A stretch of 64,000 nt of DNA from an uncultured delta proteobacterium (lineage in GTDB: Bacteria; Desulfobacterota; Desulfuromonadia; Geobacterales; Pseudopelobacteraceae): the NCBI GenBank assembly GCA_963772835.1, contig CAVYYZ010000009.1, positions 64,001 through 128,000 of the forward strand. The letters run 5' to 3'. Below, in pieces: positions 54,014 to 64,000 of the stretch. The translations under genes were made by a program, and so were the position numbers. Positions within the stretch are counted from its first letter, which is position 1; every line of letters begins with the position of its first letter. The notes below the pieces were generated by a model. It had not been told where the DNA came from and made no database searches. It worked only from the letters and a program-made list of their open reading frames with translations.

Positions 54014-55015
54014 CTACGAATGCTTCACTACCACCCTTCCGCGGATTCCTCCCTGAAGAATCGCCTGAATCTTTTCCTCCAGACCTTCCAGAGAAACTTC
54101 CGTCACCATGTCGTCCAATTGCTCCGGTTTCCACTCCCCGGCAAGTTTTTCCCACACAAGCCGCCGCATCCCGGCCGGGCATTGCACCGAATCGATGCCG
54201 AGCAGGCTCACCCCCCGTAATATGAAGGGGTAGACATTCAGGGGAAGGTCAATTGCTCCGACAAGGCCGCAGCAGGTGACGACACCACCATATCGGGTCG
54301 CCTTGACCGCAGCCGCCAGGGTCTCTCCCCCGACAACATCAACGCAACCGGCCCACCGTTCCTTCATCATCGGCTTTTCAGACCCGGCGGTTACCTGGTC
54401 ACGGGGTATGATCTCAGACGCCCCGAGCTCTCGAAGAAACTGTTCGTCCGAACTCTTTCCGGTTGCCGCAACAACTCGATAGCCGGCCCTGGACAGGATT
54501 GACACTGCAACGGATCCGACCCCTCCGGTGGCACCGGTGACAAGGATATCGCCATCAGAAGGGTTTACCCCGCCCCGCACCATTTTCAGCACCGAGAGAG
54601 CCGCCGTAAAACCGGCGGTTCCGAGCGCCATCCCTTCACGCACCGAAAGCCCCCCCGGTAATCGTACCGCCCATTCAGCCGGAATCCGGATGATCCCGCC
54701 CCATCCGCCATCAGTCTCCATGCCAAGATCGAAACCGGTGACGATGACCTGATCCCCCGGAGTAAATGTACCGCTTTGGCACGAAACAACCTCTCCAGCC
54801 GCATCAATGCCCGGTGTATGGGGGAATTGGCGCGTCACCCCCGGGTGGCCGGTTGCCGAGAGCGCATCCTTGTAATTAAGGGACGAGTAGCTGACCCGCA
54901 CAACCAGATCTCCCACCGGAAGCTCATCGATGCCGCGTTCTCTGATTTCTCGTACGAACCGCCCATCATCTGCTTTTTCCACTACAAGTGCCTTGAATCG
55001 CGTTAACGTGTCCAT
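54014..55015 (-). CDS. YhdH/YhfP family MDR oxidoreductase (AcuI-like)
   Basis: YSSLNYKDAL, PGIDAAG, GTAGFTAALS, VTGATGGVGS, PFILRGVSLLGIDS. Confidence 0.92.
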   Translation of the reverse strand: MDTLTRFKALVVEKADDGRFVREIRERGIDELPVGDLVVRVSYSSLNYKDALSATGHPGVTRQFPHTPGIDAAGEVVSCQSGTFTPGDQVIVTGFDLGMETDGGWGGIIRIPAEWAVRLPGGLSVREGMALGTAGFTAALSVLKMVRGGVNPSDGDILVTGATGGVGSVAVSILSRAGYRVVAATGKSSDEQFLRELGASEIIPRDQVTAGSEKPMMKERWAGCVDVVGGETLAAAVKATRYGGVVTCCGLVGAIDLPLNVYPFILRGVSLLGIDSVQCPAGMRRLVWEKLAGEWKPEQLDDMVTEVSLEGLEEKIQAILQGGIRGRVVVKHS

Positions 55016-55166
55016 ATGTTACCCCTTTCAGACAGCAGTATTTCCCGGAGGACCAAACATCCGGTGTGGTAAGTGATCGGTCTCTCTCCATAAGAAGGAA
55101 GGATCTACAAAAGATCAGTACTACTCATATCCGGTTTTCCTGATGGTGATAGACAATAATCCGGCT

Positions 55167-57026
55167 TTACAAAATGAGCCGGACGCCCCCCAGAGTTTCT
55201 AATTCGTGCGGAAACCGGTCACCCGGCGTACCGATGAACATGTAATTTTTGGGTACACCGAGTCGCGTTGAAAGCCGGTCTATGAGTTCCGGGCAGAACT
55301 CCCCCTGGACCGCTACGAAATCTATTTTCAAGCGAGGGTACATCCGGTCAATGGTCCTGAGATGCTGGGCCAGATCCTTCGGTATGTCAGTTTCATGGTC
55401 GTACACATGGACAAATTTAAGCCATTTGGTCTGCTCGTTTTTCAAAACATACAGGGCGGCCTGATTCAGATTAGCCAGATCGTCCCCCTTGGTGAAATAG
55501 ACGACCGTAAGGCTGTTGATACGATCTATTGAACTGGCAACCTTGAAACGGAGGAGTTCATTGGCCTTCTGTACTTTTTCCACAATGGCTCTTGAGATGA
55601 ACAATACAAGCTTGAGCAGCTGAATGCGGAGAAACATTACAACCACAACACCGGCAACGATCGCATAATATTCGAGAAATATACGCAGCGATGCAGGATC
55701 CAGCAGTACATTCCCGACAAGACCGGCGACCACGGCAATAAGAGCAATGGTCACCTTTGGCCAACTGGCACGGGTGTCACGCGGCAAACGGTCCCTTTTC
55801 ACCTTGAGCAGCATGTTTCCGATGGCGAACAGTGCCATGACACACAGGAAGGACAGGGTGTAGACGCCTGCCAGTATGCCTATTCTGCCGCCGGAAACTG
55901 CCAGGATCGACCAGCACATCAGGAAGAAGCCGATGATGATCCAGTGGTTGGTATGCCTCCATCTGTTTTCCTGAAGAAGAAACGGAGGCAGGCAGCGATC
56001 GAGGGTCATGCGCCGCACCAGACCTGTTACCCCGACATAACTGGTAAGAACGGCACCCGACAGCACCAGGGTGGCATCGATACTGACCAGAACCCCCAGC
56101 CAGTTCCCGGCGGAAAGTCTCCCCATCTGCGCCAGCAGATCGGGAGGGACCTGCTGGATAACGGCCATCGGGAGGAGTCCCGAGCGCCAGCAGGCTGATG
56201 AGCGGATTGAACACCGCCACCGCCATCCACATGTTCCGGAGTGTTTTCGGAAAGACGCCCTTTTCCTGCTCTTCAATGAAGTTTGCAGAGCTTTCAAAGC
56301 CGCTGATGCCGAGCATGGCCGCCGCAAATCCGAAAAACAGCGCATGCATCAGACCGCCGGGGGTGGGAACAGTCATGTTCAGCGTGCAGCAGCGACGGAT
56401 CGCTCACGATCATGATCACGGAAGTAACGCACAGTATCGTCAGCGTAATCATGTGGAACAGGAAGATGACGAGTGCCACCATGGCGGATTCGCCGATGCC
56501 GATCAGGTTGAGCAGCGCAAAAAAACCGAGCAGGAGAACCGTTGCCATGATGACCGGCAGTCCCGGCAGAAGATTATGGGCGTAGTGCATCGCTTCACTG
56601 GCGCTGATGACCGCTGTGGCGATATAGGATAGCAGTGTCAGGCAGGCAGCGGCGGCGGCGGTATTTTTATTGGTGGTATTCAGCAGCACGGTATAGGTGC
56701 CGCCATTCAGCGGGAGGGCGCTGCCGACCTCGGCATACACCTTCCGGAACAGATAGAGAACCGCTGCAACAATCAGCAGCACAACCGGCGCCAGAAAACC
56801 GGCCTGGGCGGCGCAGAGGGCGGCCACATACAGACAGCTTGAGGTGATATCGTTGCCGCAGATGGCGGTTGAGCGCCAGACTCCAAGTTTTTTGGGCGGA
56901 GGCAGAGTCGCAGCTGGTGGTGCGGCGGGACCCGACCAGATCATTTATCCGTTCTGATTTGCCCCATCCGACAAACTCCCACGAACCTGCCTGTTGATGG
57001 TTATCAGTATCTGAAATATTCTCCAT
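55167..57026 (-). CDS. APC family amino acid permease with cytoplasmic C-terminal domain; frameshifts near 56385 and 56180; start uncertain
   Basis: Pieces in ORFs 56294..56944 (TAICGNDITSSCLY, LPLNGGTY), 55777..56376 (GISGFESSANFIEEQ) and 55167..56345 (DATLVLSGAVLTSYVG). Confidence 0.8.
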
Positions 57027-57228
57027 TCATTACTGCCTTTCATTGAATTATTACGGCTAAAACTGACATTTAATGCTATCATTCAAGCTCGTACCGTATT
57101 GATACCATTCAATTTACCGTTGTTCAAGTGAACAAACATACACATACTTGCTATTAACTATTTACAAGACATTATAAAAAATGAGCTACTCCCGGCTCAT
57201 GAGTGTCTATTTTCAGCAGAGGTGGTAC

Positions 57229-58147
57229 ATGGACAGTGCTATGTGGCTTGCAGCTTCAGAATGGCTTTTATGACCCGACTGTCGGCAAAATTGTAACAGT
57301 TATTGTCGGCATTATCATTATTAATGTGCTGACCCGTGTGACACGGCGGCTTCTTCTGGGCCGCATAGAAAGCACTGACAACCGCTACCGCTTTAGAAAA
57401 CTTGTTAATGCAGCCGGGGCACTGGTATCAATACTCCTGGTTACCATTGTTTTCAGCAATAAACTGGGGAACCTGACCGTTGCCTTCGGTGTGGCCGGCG
57501 CCGGTATCGCCTTTGCCCTGCAGGAGGTAATCGCCAGTATTGCCGGGTGGGTTGCTGTCTCCTTCGGTAATTTCTATTCCGTCGGCGACCGGGTGCAGCT
57601 GGGCGGCATTACCGGCGACGTGATTGATATCGGCGTACTGCGAACAACGGTTATGGAGACCGGTCAATGGGTTAAGGCCGATCAGTATAACGGCCGTATT
57701 GTCAGGGTTGCCAACAGTTTCGTTTTCAAGGAACCGGTATTCAATTACTCCGGCGATTTCCCCTTTCTGTGGGACGAAATAAACGTTCCGGTCAAATACG
57801 GCAGCGACTACAAGCTGGCCCGGAAAATCATGCAGAGAATTGCCGATGAAGCAGTTGGGTCGAATTAGTGCCGCAAAGCCAAGAAAACCTGGCATGAAAT
57901 GGTGAACAAGTACCGTATTGAGGACGCCATGATCGAACCGGCGGTCACACTGATCGCCAATGATAACTGGCTGGAGTTTACCATCCGCTATGTGACTGAT
58001 TACAAGCGGCGGCGTTCAACCAAAGACATTCTGTTCACCCGGATTATGGAGGAGTTTGACGCCACAACCGGCAAGGTTTCCCTGGCTTCGGCCACGTTCC
58101 ATCTGGTGGATGCGCCGGTATTTAACGTGCGGTTGGCGGACAAATAA
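57229..58147 (+). CDS. MscS family mechanosensitive channel; frameshifts near 57265 and 57865
   Basis: GAGIAFALQEVI, GDRVQLGGITGDVIDIG, PVFNYS, FLWDEI; continues in ORF 57899..58147; GAGGTG RBS before ATG 57229. Confidence 0.85.
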
Positions 58148-58204
58148 TGCTATGATCCAGTGATATTTCAAGGAAACTCCCCGTAACAAGGGAATGGAAA
58201 AAGT

Positions 58205-59473
58205 ATGAGCTTTTTTGAAATAACCGCCATATTGATGGTGCTGACGGCACTGTTCAGCTATGTCAACTACCGTGTGCTGCACATGCCGACCACCATCGGG
58301 GTCATGTTCATCGCTCTGGCGGCCTCTCTTGGCATCGTTCTTCTCAGCTGGCTGGGTGTGGATATCGGTCAGCACCATGTCGCCCGGATTCTGGAGACAA
58401 TCGACTTCAATAAGGCACTGCTGCATGGCATTCTGTCCTTTCTGCTGTTCGCCGGGGCCATGCACATCAAACTTGATGATCTGACCAGCCAGAAATGGGT
58501 TATAAGCGTACTGGCAACCGTGGGGGTCGTCGCCTCGACCTTCATTGTCGGCGGTCTGACCTGGGTCGTGCTCGGTTTTCTGAATATTCCGGCTTCATTC
58601 ATCTACTGTCTGCTCTTCGGCGCTTTGATCTCGCCGACCGATCCGGTGGCGGTGATCGGTATTCTCAAGACAGCCGGAGTCCCCAAAAGCCTTGAAACCA
58701 AGATCGCCGGGGAGTCACTCTTCAACGACGGTATCGGCGTTGTGGTCTTTATGATCATTCTTGAACTTGCACTTGGCGGAGGCGATGTTACCCTTGGCAG
58801 GGTTTCGCTTCTCTTCGTTGAGGAGGCGGTTGGCGGAGCGCTGTTTGGACTTATACTCGGGCTGCTGGCCTACCAGATGCTCAAACGGGTCAACAATTAC
58901 CAGGTGGAAGTCATAATCACCCTGGCTATGGTCATGGGTGGCTATGCACTCGCTGACAGAATCCATACCTCGGGCCCGATTGCCATCGTTGTGGCCGGAC
59001 TGCTGATCGGCAATCATGGCCGGGCGTTCGCCATGTCTGAGCTCACCCGCCAGCGTCTTGATGATTTTTGGGAGTTGGTGGACGAAATTCTCAATGCCCT
59101 GCTCTTCATGCTGATCGGCATGGAAGTACTGGTTATGCCCTTTACCAGAGCCTTGCTCACTGCCGGCCTGCTCTCTATTGTCATCACGCTGTTTGCCCGA
59201 TGGGCGAGCGTTGGGGGAGCAGTGCTGCTCATGAGGAGATTCAGGGCATTCAGCCCGGGTGCGATTAAAATCCTCACCTGGGGAGGATTGCGCGGCGGCA
59301 TCTCGGTGGCCCTGGCTCTGTCGATACCACCGGTTCCGGAGCGCACAACCATTATTACCATCACCTACATAATTGTTGTATTCTCGATAGTCATTCAGGG
59401 CATGTCTCTTGGCAGACTGGTGGACATGATATATCCTGACATCCAGGGGAAACAAATCGGAGGGAAAACATGA
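58205..59473 (+). CDS. nhaP: CPA1 Na+/H+ antiporter (NhaP-like)
   Basis: [38 protein letters not shown]. Confidence 0.9.
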   Translation: MSFFEITAILMVLTALFSYVNYRVLHMPTTIGVMFIALAASLGIVLLSWLGVDIGQHHVARILETIDFNKALLHGILSFLLFAGAMHIKLDDLTSQKWVISVLATVGVVASTFIVGGLTWVVLGFLNIPASFIYCLLFGALISPTDPVAVIGILKTAGVPKSLETKIAGESLFNDGIGVVVFMIILELALGGGDVTLGRVSLLFVEEAVGGALFGLILGLLAYQMLKRVNNYQVEVIITLAMVMGGYALADRIHTSGPIAIVVAGLLIGNHGRAFAMSELTRQRLDDFWELVDEILNALLFMLIGMEVLVMPFTRALLTAGLLSIVITLFARWASVGGAVLLMRRFRAFSPGAIKILTWGGLRGGISVALALSIPPVPERTTIITITYIIVVFSIVIQGMSLGRLVDMIYPDIQGKQIGGKT

Positions 59474-59802
59474 AATTTTCACTTATTGCATCGATTATTC
59501 TTTCATTGGCAATGGCTCTTTTTGCCGTTCAGAATTCACAACAGACGCAAGTGACCTTTCTGGGCAAGTATTTCGACGGTCCCCTGGTGATCGTCCTCCT
59601 CATCACCTTCGCAGTCGGTGTTTTATCAATGTTTTTTGCCATGCTTCCCGCTTCATTCCGCAAATCTATGGAAATTTCAAAGTTAAAATCGCGCCTGACC
59701 GTACTCTCATCAAATATCAAGACCCTTGAAAAACAACAGACCGACAGAGAAGATCACTACAAAAAGGAGATCCGTCATGAAAATACTCATCAGGAATCGT
59801 AA
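59470..59802 (+). CDS. LapA (DUF1049) family membrane protein
   Basis: [28 protein letters not shown]-terminal coiled coil. Confidence 0.8.
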   Translation: MKFSLIASIILSLAMALFAVQNSQQTQVTFLGKYFDGPLVIVLLITFAVGVLSMFFAMLPASFRKSMEISKLKSRLTVLSSNIKTLEKQQTDREDHYKKEIRHENTHQES

Positions 59803-60400
59803 GTATCTGCAGATTGTCATGTCCCTCACCGTGGCAGCGATGTTGCTTGCCAGCGGCTGTGCCCGCTACGCGCACAATTCTGACACGCTCTATGAACCGT
59901 CCACTCCTGTTCGAGGCGGCAGCGGGACTGTCTACATCGTTATACCGGAAAGTCAGCAGACACGGTCATCGGATATCAGACGGGTAGTGGGAACTGTTTC
60001 AGATGGTGAAAACAGGAAACTTGACGATGTGTTCAGTTCCCGCTCAGCCGCTGAAATCATTCAGACCGCGCTTGGTCTTGAATTCAAAAGAGCCGGATAT
60101 ACCGTTATACCGGCTACATCGCGTCCAACTGCCGAACAGCAGGTGATAGATCTTACCAAATCAGAAATAAAGCTTGACCAGATCTCCGAGTTAACGAACA
60201 TTAAGGTAACGTGTCAGGTGCTGTCGAATATGGATGTATACAAGGCCGGAAAGCTGATAAAGCGGGTTCAATATGCGGCAACATCCTCCAAAACAGACAT
60301 TAAAGACCGTGACCTGCTGGCCGGGAATGTCCTGCAGGAAGCGCTTCAGTCGGTCATGCTGCAGGCAACACCGGAAATTCACACCCTGTTCAGTCACTGA
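59777..60400 (+). CDS. Lipoprotein of unknown function
   Basis: AAGGAG RBS before ATG 59777; lipobox LASGC. Confidence 0.75.
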   Translation: MKILIRNRKYLQIVMSLTVAAMLLASGCARYAHNSDTLYEPSTPVRGGSGTVYIVIPESQQTRSSDIRRVVGTVSDGENRKLDDVFSSRSAAEIIQTALGLEFKRAGYTVIPATSRPTAEQQVIDLTKSEIKLDQISELTNIKVTCQVLSNMDVYKAGKLIKRVQYAATSSKTDIKDRDLLAGNVLQEALQSVMLQATPEIHTLFSH

Positions 60401-60421
60401 GATAATAGACAGGAGACCTCA

Positions 60422-62083
60422 ATGATACGTACCTTCATTACAATTGCTCTGTTCGTTACTTTGACTGCAGCGGCTTTTGCCGCACCGAAAGGCAAAACGT
60501 CACATGTCGCTCCAGCACCTGAACAGACGGTAGCCCCGGCGCTTCCCGAAGGTCAGGTGATGTTGGCAGGCAAGACGGTGCTTACCATAAAAAGCAAGGT
60601 GCTTTCTTTTTCCCCCGAAGATCGGGCTAAAACAATTTCCGACCGTCTTGCAAAAATTGTCAAGGATCCTACGTTTCAGATTGATTCACTGAAAGTGGTA
60701 GACAGCGAAAACTCCAGTGATATTGTTACGGGTGATTTGATCCTTATGAGCGTAGCAGATGCGGATGCTCAGGCGGTAGGAAAAGAGCGCCTACTGCTGG
60801 CCGAGGAATCTGCCGCCAAGATCCGGGTTGCGGTGGAACTGCGCAACAAGGAGTACAGCACCAAGACTCTCCTGTTCGGTGCGTTGTACAGCCTCCTGGC
60901 AACGCTTGCCCTTGTGGCATCGTTACTGGCACTCAACCATTTTCTTCCAAGATTTATCGCTAAAATTGAATCATGGCGCGGCATCTACATCCGCTCGGTT
61001 CGCTTTCAGTCGATAGAGGTATTGAATGAAGAGCGAATCGTAGCGGTTATCAGTACATTTCTTCGCTGGGCAAGAACGATACTTCTGCTCGGCCTTCTCT
61101 ACCTCTATATACCGCTGGTGCTCAGCTTTTTCCCCTGGACCCACGGCATGGCGAACAGACTTTTCAGTTATATTCTGGCACCGATTGAGAAAGTCGGACT
61201 CTCTTTCGTTTCCTATCTGCCCAACATTTTCTTTCTGCTGGTCATAGCAGTCATCACCAATTACTCGATAAAACTGACTAAATTCCTGTTTTCAGAAGTT
61301 CAGAAGCAGACCATTACCATCCCAGGATTTTATCACGACTGGGCCGAACCCACCTTCAAGATCGTTCGTTTTCTGATATTTGCTTTTGCTGCTGTTGTCG
61401 CTTTTCCCTATCTTCCGGGCTCAGACTCACCCGCCTTCAAGGGTGTGTCGGTTTTTCTCGGGGTGCTCTTTTCGTTCGGATCGTCCTCGGCGATTTCAAA
61501 TGTCGTGGCGGGGGTCATCCTTACCTACATGCGGGCCTTTAAACTCGGGGACCGGGTCAAAATCGCGGATACCGTCGGCGATGTGGTGGAAAAAACCCTG
61601 CTGATTACCCGAATCCGTACCATCAAGAACGTTGACATCACTATCCCGAATGCCATGGTTCTCAGCAGTCACATTACCAATTTCAGTTCTTCGGCGATGG
61701 AATACGGGCTGATCCTCCATACAACCGTTACCATTGGCTATGACGCTCCGTGGCGCCGGGTTCATGAACTTCTGATTTCGGCGGCATCCGCCACAGAAAA
61801 TATTCTGGAACTTCCCGCACCTTTCGTCCTCCAGACCAGCCTGGATGATTTTTACGTCAGCTACCAAATCAATGCATATACCGAAAAACCGTCAGTCATG
61901 GCACGTACCTATTCCGCTCTTCATCAGAACATTCAGGAAAAGTTTAATGAAGGAGGGATAGAGATCATGTCTCCACATTATTCTTCGCTGCGTGATGGCA
62001 ATATGACAACAATACCGGAGTCGTATTTACCTGAATCGTACATGCAGCCTGCGTTCAGAGTCAGCAAGACGGATGCTGAATAA
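60422..62083 (+). CDS. MscS family mechanosensitive channel with N-terminal periplasmic domain
   Basis: Signal peptide; GSSSAISNVVAG, GDRVKI, TIPNA, VTIGYD, GIEIMSPHY. Confidence 0.9.
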   Translation: MIRTFITIALFVTLTAAAFAAPKGKTSHVAPAPEQTVAPALPEGQVMLAGKTVLTIKSKVLSFSPEDRAKTISDRLAKIVKDPTFQIDSLKVVDSENSSDIVTGDLILMSVADADAQAVGKERLLLAEESAAKIRVAVELRNKEYSTKTLLFGALYSLLATLALVASLLALNHFLPRFIAKIESWRGIYIRSVRFQSIEVLNEERIVAVISTFLRWARTILLLGLLYLYIPLVLSFFPWTHGMANRLFSYILAPIEKVGLSFVSYLPNIFFLLVIAVITNYSIKLTKFLFSEVQKQTITIPGFYHDWAEPTFKIVRFLIFAFAAVVAFPYLPGSDSPAFKGVSVFLGVLFSFGSSSAISNVVAGVILTYMRAFKLGDRVKIADTVGDVVEKTLLITRIRTIKNVDITIPNAMVLSSHITNFSSSAMEYGLILHTTVTIGYDAPWRRVHELLISAASATENILELPAPFVLQTSLDDFYVSYQINAYTEKPSVMARTYSALHQNIQEKFNEGGIEIMSPHYSSLRDGNMTTIPESYLPESYMQPAFRVSKTDAE

Positions 62084-62405
62084 TCGGCTACATACCCCAT
62101 CAAATGCACGCGGGACCGGTTTTTTCCCCGGCAAGGCAATTTGAATCATCTTATTCCTCCTCACCGGGCGGCGTTAGCATCTGCTTCTGATGACTATGAT
62201 GGCAGCCGCCTTATTTCCACTCTTCTCGCCTTTCAATGAAAAAATGGCGCAAATCACCATCCGTACTCACCCAAGAGTCGTTGCACCGCAATATTCCTCC
62301 GCTATAATGAAAGCCGAGCACCGTAATCATGTGATTTGCGCTTGATATTACGGTGCAAATCAAAACTTGACGAGATTTAAAAAAACGCTTATTATTAGCG
62401 TTCCA

Positions 62406-62428
62406 AATTATTTGTATTACAAACAATA
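62406..62428. promoter_or_regulatory. Palindromic putative MarR operator
   Basis: TTTGT-ATT-ACAAA core at 62411-62423, just upstream of the MarR start. Confidence 0.5.
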
Positions 62429-62441
62429 AGTCAGTCGAATC

Positions 62442-62918
62442 ATGAGAGCACTTATGAAAAAGCAGAGAGATTCAATACCGGAAATAATCGACAATTTACG
62501 GCGGGTATTCCAGATAATCACCGAATACTCAAAAACCGCCGAGCGATCAATCGGCTTAACAGGCCCGCAACTCTGGGCGATGAAGATACTTTCAAATTCC
62601 GCTCCCCTGCATGTTTCCTGCCTGGCACGCCAGATGTTTCTAAGTCCAGCGACTGTCGTCGGGATACTTGACCGGCTTGAAAATAAAGGGCTTGTAACAC
62701 GTGTCCGATCAAAAGAAGACCGCAGAGCGGTGGATCTACATCTTACCGTAAAGGGGCGTGATGTGGCCGCGAAGGTCCCTGAAGTTGCCCAGGTTATGCT
62801 CGTAAAAGGGCTTGAAGGGCTGTCGGACGAACAGTTTTCCCATGTGGATGAGGCTATGCAGCAGATCGTGCAGATGCTCGGAGCGGAGCATATCACACCG
62901 CAACCACTGCATGGATAA
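62442..62918 (+). CDS. MarR family transcriptional regulator
   Basis: GLTGPQLWAM, LARQMFLSPATVVGILDRLENKGLVTRVRSKEDRR. Confidence 0.9.
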   Translation: MRALMKKQRDSIPEIIDNLRRVFQIITEYSKTAERSIGLTGPQLWAMKILSNSAPLHVSCLARQMFLSPATVVGILDRLENKGLVTRVRSKEDRRAVDLHLTVKGRDVAAKVPEVAQVMLVKGLEGLSDEQFSHVDEAMQQIVQMLGAEHITPQPLHG

Positions 62919-63013
62919 TCAGGAATTTGTTTATCACGATGTTGTTTGCGATTGGCCGCAAATGGTCACCTTCATCTCAGCCTTCCCACTGTTTGTTGTA
63001 AAAGGAATCAGCT

Positions 63014-64000
63014 ATGAACGGATTCAGATCACTTAAACTTTCGCTGAGATTTGTCGCACCCCTGGTAATCGCTCTGGGTCTGCTCGCACTGGCCGTTGTC
63101 CCTCTCGTGGACAAGCTCACTCTGCGCTGGTCTGTCCGTGATATGGATATCAGATCACAGCTTATTGCCAGCACTTTGCAGGAACCCCTTCTGGAGCTGC
63201 TCCCCCAGGAAAACAAACTGAAGATCAATAATCTACTTCTGCGCGCTACTCAGGACGAGCGTTTGCTGGCCCTGGGATTCTGCAATCAGGAACAGAAGCT
63301 TGTCTACCGGACCCGCTCTTTTCCTGCCGATATTACGTGCCGTTCGGCACGTGATGATACCAAGCAGTCATTCCACCTGATCGAACTACCCCAGGGGCCG
63401 GTACATCTGGCAGTAATTCCCATTGAACAGAGCGGTACGCAGATGGGCTCTCTGGTGCTGGTACACGACATGAGTTACATGGTGCACCGAAGTGCAGATA
63501 CCCGTAAGTACGTTATTCTCCTGTTTATCGTGCTTGGAGTAGTCGTTTCACTCATCACCGTGTTTGTCGCACACCTGAGCTGGCGGGGATGGATGGAAGG
63601 TGTCCGGGCCATGCTGCGTGGCGAGGGGATCCTTAAGCCGTTTGCCCAGCAGACGGTCGAATCAGAGTTGCAGCCGCTGGTTGGTGATCTTAAAAACCTG
63701 TTACGATCCCTCGATGCAGAGCGGCGTCTGGCAGATGACTCTTCCACAATCTGGAGTCCCGACACCCTTAAAAATCTGCTCCACAAACAGCTGATCGGTG
63801 AGCGTATTATCGTAGTTTCTAATCGTGAACCGTACATTCACAGCAAGAAGAATGGTGCGATCGAAGTGCATCGTCCCGCCAGTGGTCTGGTAACCGCTGT
63901 TGAACCGGTTATGCGGGCCTGCTCCGGCACCTGGATTGCCCATGGCAGCGGCAATGCCGATCTGGAGACGGTAGACGCCAATGACCGCGTCAGGGTCCCG
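63014..64000 (+). CDS. otsA: Trehalose-6-phosphate synthase (GT20) with N-terminal two-TM/extracytoplasmic domain; 3'-truncated by the window edge
   Basis: Not in the ORF track (no stop in the window). ATG 63014 gives MNGFRSLKLSLRFVAPLVIALG..., and the same frame reaches IVVSNREPYIH, RPASGLVTAVEPVMRACSGTWIAHGSG. Confidence 0.88.
   Translation, partial: MNGFRSLKLSLRFVAPLVIALGLLALAVVPLVDKLTLRWSVRDMDIRSQLIASTLQEPLLELLPQENKLKINNLLLRATQDERLLALGFCNQEQKLVYRTRSFPADITCRSARDDTKQSFHLIELPQGPVHLAVIPIEQSGTQMGSLVLVHDMSYMVHRSADTRKYVILLFIVLGVVVSLITVFVAHLSWRGWMEGVRAMLRGEGILKPFAQQTVESELQPLVGDLKNLLRSLDAERRLADDSSTIWSPDTLKNLLHKQLIGERIIVVSNREPYIHSKKNGAIEVHRPASGLVTAVEPVMRACSGTWIAHGSGNADLETVDANDRVRVP

Overview
Bacterial chromosomal window whose gene content and style suggest a Desulfuromonadia/Geobacteraceae-like organism (inference). 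No rRNA, tRNA, CRISPR array or transposase was recognised. There are four blocks. (1) 1-14.7 kb, phosphate-starvation/lipid block: a carboxylate-amine-ligase-like protein, a PSD-like decarboxylase, an Lgt-like transferase, DUF2062, a Zn-dependent phospholipase C, a metallophosphoesterase lipoprotein, a pseudokinase-TM-PstS-OmpA fusion with a coupled partner, a PhoB-like regulator and pstS with 11-bp-periodic Pho-box-like repeats. (2) 14.7-23.4 kb: pal, a MarR regulator and a glycosylation operon that joins antibiotic-type 2-deoxy/3-amino sugar enzymes to a polyprenyl-phosphate glycosyltransferase and a TMTC-like GT-C/TPR protein. (3) 23.5-44.2 kb, trehalose/alpha-glucan cluster: treZ, treY, glgB, glgE, two treS-maltokinase fusions, glgX and malQ. 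(4) 44.3-64 kb, ion/osmotic homeostasis: nhaD, CPA1/CPA2 antiporters, MscS channels, CBS-nucleotidyltransferase, GGDEF, APC permease, MarR and a membrane-anchored otsA. The most striking unannotated signal is a duplicated promoter plus ~118-aa leader ORF (hydrophobic segment, PNFEPECEISS block, C-terminal RAPP), which looks like a ribosome-arrest peptide placed upstream of nhaD and of a CxxCxxCC protein. Many genes carry single-base frameshifts, most likely long-read assembly errors. All family assignments come from motif recognition by eye, without database searches.
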